Assembly (NCBI RefSeq): GCF_037042905.1
Contig: NC_087250.1
Location: forward strand, 10,232,001 to 10,296,000
Origin: Lytechinus pictus
Lineage: Eukaryota
Direction: 5' to 3'
DNA length: 64,000 bases
Position 1 is the first letter of the stretch; each line of letters begins with the position of its first letter. Below are positions 13,201 to 25,864 of this stretch, one piece after another. The position numbers were made by a program, and so were the translations under genes. Under the pieces are notes generated by a model that worked only from the letters and a program-made list of their open reading frames with translations, had not been told where the DNA came from and searched no databases.

Positions 13201-15822
13201 AAATTCATGCAAGGTTTAGGCTGGTGTGTAAAATCAGTTACGACATGTAAAGTACTGTACATGACAGGCACAACGATTGCTCACTTGACATTTTTAGCCA
13301 GCTTTCGCAAGGCCATGCTTTTGCCCCCTAATTCACCACCTTTTTTCGTTTTTGCTAACTCTGCCTTCAGTTCCACATTCTTCTTCCTGCAGTAAAAGTG
13401 CAAGCGGGCATTGATGAACTTGTTCAACAGTTTTGATTTGATGTCATGACAGGTTGGCAGGTCGACATTCCTGTTGCAGAACTCTGCTTCGGCCACTAGA
13501 CGGGTCCTGACATTTGTGTTTTCTGTCAATGTGCATTGTAAACGGCGAAACATTAACTCAACATTTAGGAGCATGTCGTAAGCTTTAGACGAGATGTGCA
13601 TGAGACAACCTGTCTTGTATTCTTTAAGCCGACTGAGTTCTGATGCTTGGTGAATCTCCTCATCTGGTCCTCATGTCACAGCATTCATAGTTATACACAT
13701 GACGCAAGTTATTTCGTTACGTTTGATGCTGTGCAAACAATATCCTGCCAGATTGTACAGGCTGTCTCTTTCAGCTGGTGGTAGATCCTGTTTTGAAGTT
13801 GACTGCTGCTCTGAAAGATGGATGACAATCGGTGGCTCAACAGGCACTTCCACACGCTGTTCCAGAAAGTCTGCCAGGAACTCCCCATCATCTTGTTAGT
13901 TGTTGGTAGCTACCAGATCGTGGAAGAGTCAGAAATTGTGCATTGCTTATGAGCTTCAATGCATACTTGAACTCAAGTGGAGTTGGTACAGGCTTCCTGA
14001 GACGAACAGAAGAGAAGAGATTCTCCAGGCAGTGTTGGGTCAGCCGCGATGTCAACAGGAACGCATGTCCTGCACTCAGCAACTCCTCTGCGATGCTGAG
14101 AACTGATGTGGTAGATAAAATAACCCCGGTTTGTATACGTTTCCAATCGCCTTGTACTCCAATCTTCACTCCCTTGAATACCTCTATAAAATTTCTGAGA
14201 AACGTAGTGGCCTCCTCATACTTTCCTGGATCATGCTGGCTCAGACCCATCACTGGATTTCTACTTGTCATCAAGTTGAACCAGAGATCCAATAATTCGA
14301 TAAACCACGCTGTAGTCAAGTATGCTTCATCTCGCCCCTCTTTCTTCACAAGGTACGTCAATGCACAGCTTACATCATGACTAAGCACCCTTGTCGCATT
14401 TGACACTTTCATCTTGTCGAAGTGGGTTGGTGTGAGAGCAGCCATGTTGAGCTTTGGCGCCAGTTTGAGATCCAGATTTTCCTGAAATTTTCCAAGATCC
14501 TTCAGCGGCTCTACACATGCAACATCAGACTTGAGGCCAAATTTTGTGACTGTCTCTGCCGAAAAAGTGAACTGTTGACCATTCACGAGTGCTGCCTTGA
14601 TGTTCTTAAATAGATGTGGCACATCTGCCAAGAAGTGCAACCACTTTGCTGGGTCCTGCGGATGTGGAATTTTTGATTTTGTCCGGCAGTGCTTTCCACA
14701 TTTGATGCCAAAGCTCTTCCACATTGCACGGTTGGCACTCCCCATGTCACTTGCAACAGCTTCTACGTGAAGACCAAATTCGGACGATCGCTGTATGATA
14801 TCGAGGACAATATCCTTGAACACTGCCCCGTCTGTGGAGTTACTTGTGTAGTGATAACATACTGTCTGCTTCCATCGTGTTGTAATCCCTCCCAGCATGA
14901 ACACTAGTGCATGAGTAGCAGTTCCATCATGCTGGGGCAATGTCACACTCCCCATTAAATCACCACTACCAGCATCATACTCAACACTTGAGGTGAGGGA
15001 CATCTCATCCAGTGTAAGACAGCAAAGTCTCTCATCGGGATGCATGCCTTCCACCTTCAGTTTCAAGAAGTCAAACACCTGTCCTAGGACACCTGGTTGG
15101 AATGACACTTTTTCCATTCTTCTTCGGAGGGTTCTTTCTGATGGAAGCGGGTGATGCTGCTTGAGAAGAACTTTGTAGCCAGATGCACCACATGCAAACC
15201 TCAGCTGCAATGCCTTTTTTACAGTACTTGAGGACCATTCCACTCCTCTCATTCCACCTCGAGAAAGGGCACGTATCTGATCACTTCCAAACAACCTTGA
15301 GAACCGTGACTCTTGCTTCGCTTTGGCCTTTATAACCTTTATACGAGTTTTTCGCATCCGGCGCATATCTGCTTTCAGTTCTTTCATGCGGACTTTCATC
15401 TTTGTCAGCCTTCCTTCAAGCTTTATATTTCGCTGGGTATCTTGCAGAGTCTCTTGTTTACTAGCAGAGTCTTCAGCTATATACATGTACGTGAAAGAGA
15501 GAAAAAAGAAATGGGAAATAATAAATATTGATGCTCCTGCATGTTTAATTTCCATGGCAATAAAGGCACTGAATAGCAATAATTGAAGGGATCTACTATT
15601 AATGGTATCCAGACTATTATCACTTATTCCTTGAAGATGATTACCCGTAACTGTTAATGAATAATGAGCACCTTTTTTGTCCTTCAAAACAATTCAATTT
15701 TTATAAATCGAAGCACACATGACTCACAACCTCCCCCACAAAAAATAAATTAATTAAAAATCAAATAAAATAAATAAAAATAAAATTTAAAAAATGAATG
15801 AATAAATACAAATAATCATTAA

Positions 15823-16863
15823 AGGAGAATGAAACTCTTGGAGCAAGTTAGACAGCTGGCAACCATCTGTTTCGAGGAGTTTTTTAACTTTTTTTTTTTT
15901 TTTTAATTTCTCCTCATACACAGACGGCTCGCTAGCGTGCAGCCACCATTAGGGGACTTGCAATGCAAAATCCCCCCATCGGGGCTCTTCAATTTTTGTC
16001 TTTAATGAATAAAAATTTTGAAAATTAACCCGACCAAAATGCAAATTAATATTCCCTCTTGGCATTAATTGCCAAAAAACGGAGAAAAATCAAGTTAAAA
16101 AGAACAAAAACAGTGACTTACCTCGGCTGTCGCGCAAATTCACTTCCCCGTTTTATCCGATCTTAAGTACATAAACATATGGCCATTGAGTCCCCTGTAC
16201 AGATCGCGCTAGAACTTCGGTCTCTGTATTTGGTGAGTGAAGCCAACGGAGTTCAGCTGAACAACCAACATAACAGAGACCGAAGCTTTTGGTCTAGGAG
16301 CAAGTTAGCTTTAGTGAAAGCAGAAAAATCAAAGAATAAGATCAACAAAAGTTTGAGTAAAATAGGACTAGCAATAGAAGAGCTATGAGCATTTGAATGT
16401 CGAGATCACTAATGCTATGGAGATCCTCCCATTGGCAATGCGACCAAGATCTATGATGTCACAGATGAACAACTCTCCCCTTTTGGACACTGAAAATATA
16501 TCCAAAAACATCTCTTTTTGCTCATTCTAATCATATGACAAACGATTCATCAATGATATAATGTTGTGAAACCTATGTACTTGTCCTCTCATAAAGAGAA
16601 CACCTCACCTTGTGATAGACTCTATAAAAGTGAGAATATAAGTGAAATAAGTACTAAAGTAATGAGGGAGTTGTACGTGTGTGACATCACAGATCTTGGT
16701 CGCATTGCCAATGGGAGGATCTACATGGCATTAGTGATCTCAATATTCAAATGCTCATAACTTTCTTATTATTCATTCAATCTTCCTCAAACTTTCAACA
16801 ATATGTTTCTTGAATTTTTCTCTTTGATATGGATTCAGCTGGTTTCAAGGGTTTCATTCTCCT
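15823..16863. mobile_element. Kolobok-type non-autonomous element in transposase intron 2
   Basis: Ends are TTAA|AGGAGAATGAAAC ... GTTTCATTCTCCT-TAA. The body is palindromic (16380-16470 vs 16680-16760). Confidence 0.75.
15849..16296. mobile_element. Insertion with a 9-bp TSD (Mutator-like?) nested in the Kolobok-type element
   Basis: GGAGCAAGT is duplicated at 15840-15848 and 16297-16305. The ends are TAGAC...GTCTA. Confidence 0.65.
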
Positions 16864-19794
16864 TAAAAAAAAATAAAAAAATAAAAAAATCATGATAATA
16901 ATAAGATTTAAGTTAAAAAATAAAAAAAACACTAATTTGCACTAACCATATAAAATTCATTTCATCAGATACTAGGAAACATATTTTTGAGAATGTGCAT
17001 ACACGCAAGAAACATAATATAAAAATCAATCAGGCAAGGTAATTTCATCAATAAAAATAATAACCTACATTTCTATGTACATCCAAAAGAAATCTCGTGA
17101 AGCAATATTCAAATTTTCCCCATCAACAGGATAACCCAAAATACATTCGTTTACTGGTTTCCTATTAAATATAACCGATAACAAAAGGCATTCTTACAAC
17201 AGCCAGTTGAGATGTCCTCGGGTGGAGTGGCAGAGTAGCTATGGTCTTGCGCCTTGTGTCCAGTACTACAAGTAGGTCTAGTCGAAGTTGACACCCGCTT
17301 CTTTGGAGACTTCCGTACCTTGGGAGGCTTACTGAAGCAGAAAATATTTGGTACTGCAGTCGTCTTCAGCTTCACCTTCTTATCTTGTCGCCCAAGCTCA
17401 AACTGATGAATGTCAAAATGTACCTGTATTAAAACAAAACAAAATGAAACCGAAAAAATAAGTTTTGCCCTATTCGGTAGATGTATGAACAAATTAAAAC
17501 ATAATAAATATACCATTAATAAAAAAAGAACTGAAAATATTACATGTACTTGACGGTTTCATTTGCATATCTATAAAAATCAGGTGATGGCAGCAACGTC
17601 ATCATTAAAGCTCGCCTTTAGACTAATTACTTTATATAAATTTTAACTTTTAGTCATCGCTTAATGACTTGGAGATTAGTCATGTTAGTTCATTCTTTAA
17701 AACAAAGATAACTCTACTCAATACAAGGTGAAGCTGCCCGTCTTTCTTAGATTTATTTTTCAATTAACCATGCATTTTGATCAAGCCACCCACAAAAGTT
17801 TTGCTAACGCTAACAGCCAAAACACCTGTTAAAATAATTTTTATTCAGCACAGCAATAACTTTAAACTTTAGTAGGCCTAACGATAGGCCTACATTTAAG
17901 AACAAATAAATCAGGTCAGGAGTAAGGTCATCAAATTGCAGGGTTTTCTTAAAATTCGGGTGGGATTTTGGAAGCTCCTATCCACTCATACAATGCACAA
18001 GGTTATGAATAACCTTGTGCTGCTCTAGTACCCTCATAACCGTGTGTACAGAATCTAGGCACCACACAACCAATACTAAAAATAAATCTTTCAAATGATT
18101 ACTGCACTGTAACAAAGAATTTAAAAAAAATCATGAATGATCTGTCTTTCATTTATATCTTGGCTGTTGTGTTGTTTTTTATTCACCAGAATCCAGATAG
18201 CTCAGATCTTAAATTTTGAGCATATTTTTGTGAGGCCCTCTAGCTGTATTGATTTGGTTTTTACAATTCCATATTATAGTGGGCCTTGCAATGTGCTCAG
18301 AATTCAAGATTTGAGCGTTCTTGTGAATATATAACAACCTGACAGCCAAGTCCAAGATAATCATAATTTAAATTAATATTTAGGCCTAAATTTTAATAAT
18401 TCATTTTTTTTGTTACAAAAATAACATTTTTTTAAGACTCCTTTTTTTATGTTGTGTACTGCGTTCAGCAGTAATTCACAACTGCTTGATGTACTGTAGT
18501 CTGTTTTCGATTTATGATATCTCCAATGGATGCTTGCCGTCACAGACACAGTCATGTCAGTGAGTAACTTCACTTGCACTTTTCACGCACCCATAAAATC
18601 ATAACATAAAAGTACATACATGGGACTAACCTCGCACAAAAACGTCGACGAAGTCGGTTTCCATCCCACTCTCCGCACTTTATTTTCCCATAGTTTCCTT
18701 CTTTCAGGATTACTAGGAAATCTAAACATGTGGAATCCCTTCTCTGACCGATTCGTGCATCCAAGAGCACAACAGCCCGTCATTTTTCAGGTATTCAGGA
18801 AGCGTTTAGATTCTCTCAGCGGTGTACATCACGTCGTCGGCTATCATGAATTGGAAACAAAATGGCACCCGCAGATCACGTGACCAATTTTTTTGGACCT
18901 GTCATGATATGTCGCAACACTAAATGTAAGAAAAGCCCAAGTCCTCCAGGACTTGGGCTTTTCTTACACTCATACCAGATTTTCCTCCTTTATTTACATG
19001 ATTTAAAGCATTTCCACACACAAAGATACTACCACGGACTTTGTCTCTAATTCAGTACCATAATTAACAGTCTTTACTCCATTATAATCGTCAAATCTTG
19101 TTCTTTAAGTTGTTACCAAAATGTTCATGCACATCACGTTTTAACACTTTGGTAACGAAAAATCCGGTCCGGCATAGGCGCGCACTATCGGCACATTTTG
19201 GTTAAAAAAAATATTTTACCTAAATGTGCAGTTACCGTTTTTGGTAATTTACCAAAATGTGCCGTACCAAGTGGAACGAATTAACTTATGAAACGTTGAG
19301 TGCGACAATTCAGTTACCGAAGTCGTTACTGGACGCCTGAAAATATATAGTTCGAGAAGAGTGGATGATTTACGCTTTACATTATTTGTTCTACTTCTAG
19401 TAATCATAGTAATGTTTAAATTTTATTTTGGCCGGTGATCTTTTCTGCTTGTTTAGTGATTCTCCAAGTTTTCTTCTTTTTATTTCTAAATTCCTTCATG
19501 CCACCATGCAAACTTGAAACGTACCTAATACAAAACCTAATACAAATGCCAACAACAGACAAATTTAAAAGAAATATTGATATATTTTGGCAAAGAAACC
19601 ACTTTGAGCTTCCATGACTCCCGATCACGCAAGCTCATGAAGTAGTAGTTTTCAGTGACCAATCATACAAGAAACGACCGGGAATTACAGGCTTGCGCCT
19701 TCATCCCGTACCAGATGATGATGATGATGATGATTGACTTCTTGCCACATCACGGTAACTATCATGGAAACCTTGAGTGTAATTGGCTTCTGTG

Positions 19795-19866
19795 CAGGGG
19801 CGTCGATCCATTTTTCAGATTGGGGGGGGCGAAATCATTAACGTTCCAAAGGCGCTCGATCGTACA

Positions 19867-19934
<68 letters not shown>

Positions 19935-20593
19935 TACATATACACACACACACATATATATATATGTATATATCTATATATATGTATGACTCATGAGACA
20001 CAGACACGTATCTCACTACACAGATAGTACGAGTGCCGAGAGTGAGCTCAAATTTCTTTATATTCTGAGCTGAAAACTTGATATTCTAAGCATTTTTGGT
20101 ACCAATGATTAAGATTTGTATCTAAAAGAGAATAGATGCGAGCGCGAAGCGCGAGCTGAAAATTTTGATATTTCGATCTGAAAAAATGACAGTTTACTGG
20201 ACGTTTTTGATAAAGAACAAGCTATATATCCAAGAAAAGATGATTGCAAATTGAAGCAGTTCTTTTGAGGCTTAGAACTGAAAATGGGACATTTACATTC
20301 ACCAATTTAATCATGAAAAGTATGGGTTTTTGCTACGGAAATGATGCGAGCGCGAAGCGCGAGCTGAAAATTTTTATATTCCAATCTGAAAAGCGGACAT
20401 TTTGAGCACGATTTTAAATAAAGAACGAGTAGTGTATCTCAATCTCGCTTGCTGAACATTACAATCTTGTTTTTTTTTAATGCATATCCGGAATTATTGG
20501 GGGGGGGGCAAAATGATATGTTTGCCCCCCCAATATTTTCATTGGTGGGGCGATCGCCCCCCCCCCCCTGCCCCCCCAGGATCGACGCCTCTG
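19795..20593. mobile_element. hAT-type non-autonomous element containing (CA)n/(TA)n
   Basis: TIRs CAGGGGCGTCGATCC / GGATCGACGCCTCTG with a perfect TSD CTTCTGTG. Confidence 0.85.
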
Positions 20594-20897
20594 CTTCTGT
20601 GACTTGTTACCATGGTTACACAATGGCAAATACCTACTAATTATGCATTTTTTCTTCTTTTTAACCAAATATGTTGACCAACAGTTTAATCGGTAAGTTA
20701 ATAGGGAGCATTAAGCAATCGAGACGCGACGGATTCAACAACATAGAAAAATCTATTGAAAAATCTATTAGAGCTGTTATAACCGCTCAAAGGACTTAGT
20801 CGAACATTGATGAACCGGGACAGCTGATCGTCGTAACATTGTGAGCTGACAAAATTGCAAATATTCCGTTCAGTGTCCAGAGTCTAGGACGAAAGCG

Positions 20898-21141
20898 CCC
20901 TGCAAAAACTCTGGTGTTGATTTAACACCAGACCGGAATCTATATATGTCCACACCAGAGAAGTGTTAAACAACAACCGGTTTCGTTTTGATCTAACACA
21001 AGATAGGTGTTTATACAACACCAATTAGTATTAAAACAGCATCGGTTTGATTCCAAACCGGTGTTGTTACAATATACTGTTCTGGTGTGGACATATATAG
21101 ACTCCGGGCTGGTGTTAAATCAACACCGGAGTTTTGCAGTG
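20898..21141. mobile_element. CACTG-ended MITE (CACTA/EnSpm-like family); other copies at 22677-23153, ~23497-24198, 24771-33711 (split) and 56638-56857
   Basis: Long TIR CACTGCAAAAACTCCGGTGTTGATTTAACACCAGCCCGGAATCT and a shared ~240-bp body. Confidence 0.85.
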
Positions 21142-22087
21142 TACATAAATCAAAGGTACAAGTAAACGAGCAAAAACACATTACAAATTATTTTCAAATT
21201 CATAATCACGATGAGAACTTCTTTATTTTAATGACAAACTTTCACAGATTAAACTACTCTACATTATCATTATAGGCCTACAATCATGATTAGCTGTTTA
21301 TCAGCATGGTCATGATTAACATTAAACCCCGACAACAATAGATATATATATATAATGAACTATTACAAATGTATGGACTTGAATACATTCAGGCAGTAAA
21401 ATCTGTAATACAATACATATCATTCAACAAAACATATTGAATTATAAAGTAAATTATCGATTGACGAAAGCCAATAGAGATTAGCGAGTTATTATAACAA
21501 TGTTATAGTATTATATGCAGTAAAATAGAAATTATTCATTGTTTACGATATACTGCAACAAATGACAATGAAAATTTAGTTTTAAATTAGATTTCCTTTC
21601 TTTTATTACAGGAAATAGATCAATCAACAAAACAAAAACAAAACATTTTACATGTCTTGAAGAGTTAGATGTGCAATCCAAGGTTATGATAGTCCTTAAA
21701 ATCCAAATAAAAATCCAAGTTGGTTGGCGAAACTTCCTTAAATTAAAATTCACAATGATGGCGATGATGAAATTGATGTTGAAGCACGATGAATAACAAG
21801 AGTCACTGTATAACGAGTTGAAATGTCTGTGAAGATGATGTTGATGATGATTAACAGTCAATTTCAGCAATCCATGGATTGAAAAGCGTTCATTAAAACA
21901 GCTTGATGATCTCGATGAGAGCTGAGAATTCCTCTCTCAAAGTAACTGCAAACAGTTCATTGATGGCGTGCAAACAATTTCACAGAAGATAAATGTTGTA
22001 TTCCAGTTGGAAATAAACTATATGCTCTGACATAAAGTCTGGTGTGAAACTCTGAGTTCTGATGATGTCCTTGAAGAAACTGCCAGC

Positions 22088-22190
22088 TTATATACAAATT
22101 ATTCACTATTCTGGAAACTTCTAGTATTGTCTACAAACTTAACATTCTGCCAATTTCTAGAGCAATCTAATTTTAGAAGACTCTTGAATG
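22088..22190 (-). promoter_or_regulatory. Heat-shock-element cluster plus TATA box
   Basis: TATATAA on the minus strand at 22094-22088. A perfect nTTCnnGAAnnTTCn lies at 22108-22122, and imperfect HSE units at 22155-22188. Confidence 0.55.
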
Positions 22191-22794
22191 ACCTCAGTGA
22201 TATTAACAGTGTAAACAACATAAATAATCCTTTTGTTCTTTTCACTGCGGCCACTAGCAGACTAGGAATCTATTGTATAGCCATCTCTATTCAGAAATAA
22301 CAAAGGTTACTCAGCCTATTAAAGAACATGCCTAACAAAGCTTTACTGAGACATTCTGGTATATTCTTAATCATTCTATGCTATGAATATCCTTATAGAG
22401 GAAATAACTTAATAAATTAATGTAATTGCTCTTAAAATTCTACTTAGATATAACATCATGGACAATAAAGGCATATCATTTGCATGAGCGTGGAACGGCA
22501 GTAAAATGTTATACATCATATAGCAAGCATTTCATCAGAATCTCATAGCAAGAGAATGCAACATAGAAGGATTAATTGTGATCGTCCTTTGCGTATACCG
22601 TAGGCTATATTATTTTGAAGAAAAATCGCTTTCTTTGCTTTGTTTTACATTTCCATGATTCCTCGTTATTCTGGCACACTGAAAAAACTCCGGTGTTGAT
22701 TTAACACCAGCCCGGAATCTATACATGTCCACACCAGAGTAGTGTTACACAACACCAGTTTGGTTTTGGTCTAACATTAGATATGTGTTTATAC

Positions 22795-23023
22795 CAAGGG
22801 CGGAAATCTCTCCCAAAATGTAGGGGGACCAGGGGTGGAAAATTTGACAAGCAGAAAAAAAAAGGTTATCACCCAAAAAGTATAGGTCATCTCGTCCAAA
22901 ATACATGTTTTATTTCGATTTTGAATGATGTATTTCTTTCAATCATAATAGACCAAAAGTAGTAGGGGGACATTTGATATAGTGTCCCCCCTACCCCCCC
23001 CCCCCCTCGGATTTTCGCCCATC
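22795..23023. mobile_element. hAT-type MITE nested in the CACTG MITE 22677-23153
   Basis: Perfect TSD GTTTATAC with ends CAAGGGCGGAAATC / GATTTTCGCCCATC. Confidence 0.8.
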
Positions 23024-23714
23024 GTTTATACAACACCAATTAGTATTAATACAGCATCGGTTTGATTCCAAACTGGTGTTATATCAATACTTCTCGGGTG
23101 TGGATATATAGATTCCGGGCTGGTGTTAAATCAACACCGGAGTTTTTGCAGTGCAGTTAATATTTTCCCTCGTAAATGACCTTGAAATCAATATAAACCC
23201 TATGCAACAAATATTGAAACAAATTCACAATTTTGGAAATATACACCTTACAAAGTGTGAAAACATTGAGTGATCATGCAAGCCTGCGCGAAGATCAAAT
23301 GACATAAAATTCAGAAAGTACACAGACCATCCTGTATCCTTTATTATGTTTATGTTTTAGCCTATGTGTGTGAGGATGAGTGCGAGAGGGTGTGTGTGTG
23401 TGTGTGTGCGTATGCAGGGTTCGCGGAACGGGAGACTGTAGCCAGTTGGATCCCCCGTTCCCCAATTATAGTTTTCAAAACGTGTACAAAAACGTATACT
23501 GCAATAAAAAAAAAACACCGGTGTCGATTTAACACCAGCCTGGTATCTATATATTTGGGGCCACTCCAGAGAAGTGTTGAAACAACACCAGTTAAGAATC
23601 AAACCGATATTGGTTTAACACAAATTGGTCAGTTGCTTAAATGCCAAATTGGTGTTAGCCAAACGCCAAACCGGTGTTGTTTCAACGCTTCTCTGGTGTG
23701 GACCGATATAGATA

Positions 23715-23991
23715 GTGGGTGCGTCGTGATCTAGTGGTTCTGACTCTTGCCTTTGAAACAGAGGGTCCTGGGTTCGAATCCTAGCTATGGCGTCTTTTCC
23801 TTCAGCAAGAAATTTATCCACACTGTGTTGCACTCGACCCAGGTGAGATGAATGGGTACCCGACAGGAGTAATCCCTTGCATGCACTGAGCTCCGGTGAT
23901 GGTAGCTCAAGCTAAAGCCGGGGTAATAATATCAGCGCTTTGTATCCTCAGGCAAAAAGCGCTTTATAAATCCAGCTATTGTTATTATTAT
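23715..23991 (+). mobile_element. tRNA-derived SINE (related copy at 30139-30437)
   Basis: A/B boxes (TGATCTAGTGG, GGTTCGAATCC), a body shared with the 30139 copy, an (ATT)n tail, and a flanking TATAGATA duplication. Confidence 0.85.
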
Positions 23992-24003
23992 TATAGATAC
24001 CAG

Positions 24004-24160
24004 GGGAGTGTTTCATCAACATTTTCATCCGACAAGTTGTCAGATCTGCCATCTTTCTCTGATGTTGATTGGCTGAGAGGTACTGTTACTATGGTAACTG
24101 TCGGATAAAATGGGACTTGTCGGATAAAACGTCCGACAAGTCCTTTCATGAAACGCTCCA
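24004..24160. mobile_element. Harbinger-type MITE
   Basis: Ends GGGAGTGTTTCAT / ATGAAACGCTCCA with a 3-bp TSD CAG. Confidence 0.65.
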
Positions 24161-25864
24161 CAGGCTGGTGTTGAATTAACACTGGCGTTTTAACAGTGTA
24201 CAAATTACCATCAAGGTGTGGTTTTATGCATGTTCATCCACCCTTCCCGAGTTCTGGCAACCCCCCCTCCCACACACACTTTCAATATCATTCGTTCCCC
24301 GGCCCTGCATGGTAGGCCTATGTGTGCTCAAAGTTTGTTCACCTACTGGATTATGTGGAGGGGGGGGGGGGTTATCTGACAGTTGCATTTTTCGACAATG
24401 TGAATGTTGCTTCACCGTATTCTTTTCATTAAATTGCAAACTCGTCCTCTGCCATGCAGCTCGTCCACTCACCACATATGGTCTACCTTCATTTAGTCTA
24501 ATATGCAATTCCGCCCATCAACATTTCGTCCAACAACCATTTGGTCCAATAACATTTGGTCCGATCATCACTTCGTCTAATCCCCTAATCACCAGTTTGT
24601 CTATGACCATTTCGTCTGTACGGTTTTATTTTCATTCATTTTGCCTCATTATGACTTAGTCTGATTAGACCAACTGGTATTAGACGAAATGGCAATTAGA
24701 CCATGTGACCATGCAAATGAAAATAAACAATTTTTCCAGCAGGAATATAGTCCGTTCAATTCCGTTGAAGACGCAAAAACTCCGGTGTTGAGTTAACACC
24801 AGCCTGGAATCTATATATAATATGTCCACACAAGAGAGGCAGCGGCGTAACAGGGGTCGGTGGCCAAAAATTTCCCGGTCATATAGCATACTTACCTCGT
24901 ACTAGTGCGAGTGGGTCATATCATGGTATGAACAGGCGTAATGGTGTTAGTAATGAGGCGACAATTTTGAGAGGGCCAGATATTGCGTATCGGGCAGAAT
25001 TTATCTTTAAAAAATATGTTGCGAGCGAAGCGAGCGAGCAAACATTTTGACATTTTTAATACAAAAATTCAATTTTGTGATAGAATTTGACATGATATCC
25101 AGATAATATATTTCAATCTTCTCTCTTTTCATTCCTTTTTTGTGTGTTCTGTACGCCACTGTGAAGAGGATTTTTGCAGCAGTAGCGTGAAGAGTAAAAA
25201 AAAAAAAAAAAAAAAACGAGGGGCACAGTATGGCGCATGTGCTAAAAGGCTGCTTAATATGAATCCCGAGCGAGCGAAGCGAGCGAGAAAAATAAAATTC
25301 AACATTTTCATTAGAAACTAACTATGAGATATTTTTGACATTATATTCAGTAAATAAAATAATAGTCCTACACTTTTCCTCTGCTTTTCTTTCCTCCTTT
25401 TTTTTTGTTTGCAGAACTTTGGGGGCCATGGGCAACCCTTGCATACTCATATACGGTAGTGCTATGCGGTTGGGGTCCTGGGCGGAGCCCCCGGAACTTT
25501 CTGATATCAAAGCCATTTAAACCTCGCAGATTGCCGCTATTTTTAATAAGATCGCGGGTAAATACAGGATATAGCTTTTACACAACACATTTATTCAACC
25601 CAGTTGCGTAATGAACCAAATATTTTGAGAAGGCAAAACATAGCAATGTGGGAAAATTTGTAAAAAGTCGCCAGCAAGCAAAGCGAGCTGGAAAAAAAAT
25701 TAATTGCCTATTGAAATTAAATTCTAATTATGTGATAGATTTTTCCATTATATTCAGCAAATAACAAATTTCATTGTTTCCATTCGTTTCATTACTTTGT
25801 CTCCTATAATTTCTTTTATTTCCCCTTAGGTGTGGAACCAGCCCCCCCCCCACACCTGTACGCC

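Larger units (their letters stand above)
13281..18783 (-). pseudogene. Three-exon THAP-domain P-element transposase (exons 18783-18631, 17423-17198, 15476-13281); ~855 aa if repaired; one frameshift and one in-frame stop in the C-terminal part
   Basis: The THAP C2CH motif is split across exons 1 and 2 (CCALGC...RFP...W...LCE|VHF...AVP). The GT-AG introns have matching phases 0 and 1. P-transposase motifs are LDEMSL, VFMLGG..RWKQ, SDMGSAN, DVPHLFKN, KMKV and LENLFSSVR. Lesions are a 7-bp duplication at ~13893-13906 and a TGA at 13673-13671. Confidence 0.88.
10981..18921 (-). mobile_element. P-element superfamily (THAP9-like) DNA transposon, ~7.9 kb
   Basis: Candidate TIRs AGAGTTGCGACA (10981) / TGTCGCAACACT (18910-18921) match at 11/12. 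A subterminal inverted motif pairs GCCATTTTGGTTCCATTCAT (11011) with ATGAATTGGAAACAAAATGGC (18846). The element encloses the transposase gene. No TSD is seen. Confidence 0.6.

Noticed and set aside
13671..13673. Transposase TGA as a target of the UCA tRNA
   Set aside because: It lies downstream of a frameshift and is most simply a nonsense mutation. No evidence links the two loci.
15477..15687. N-terminal 70 aa of the 599-aa ORF
   Set aside because: Intron sequence: a polypyrimidine tract and AG acceptor sit at 15478-15477, and the true start is 18783.
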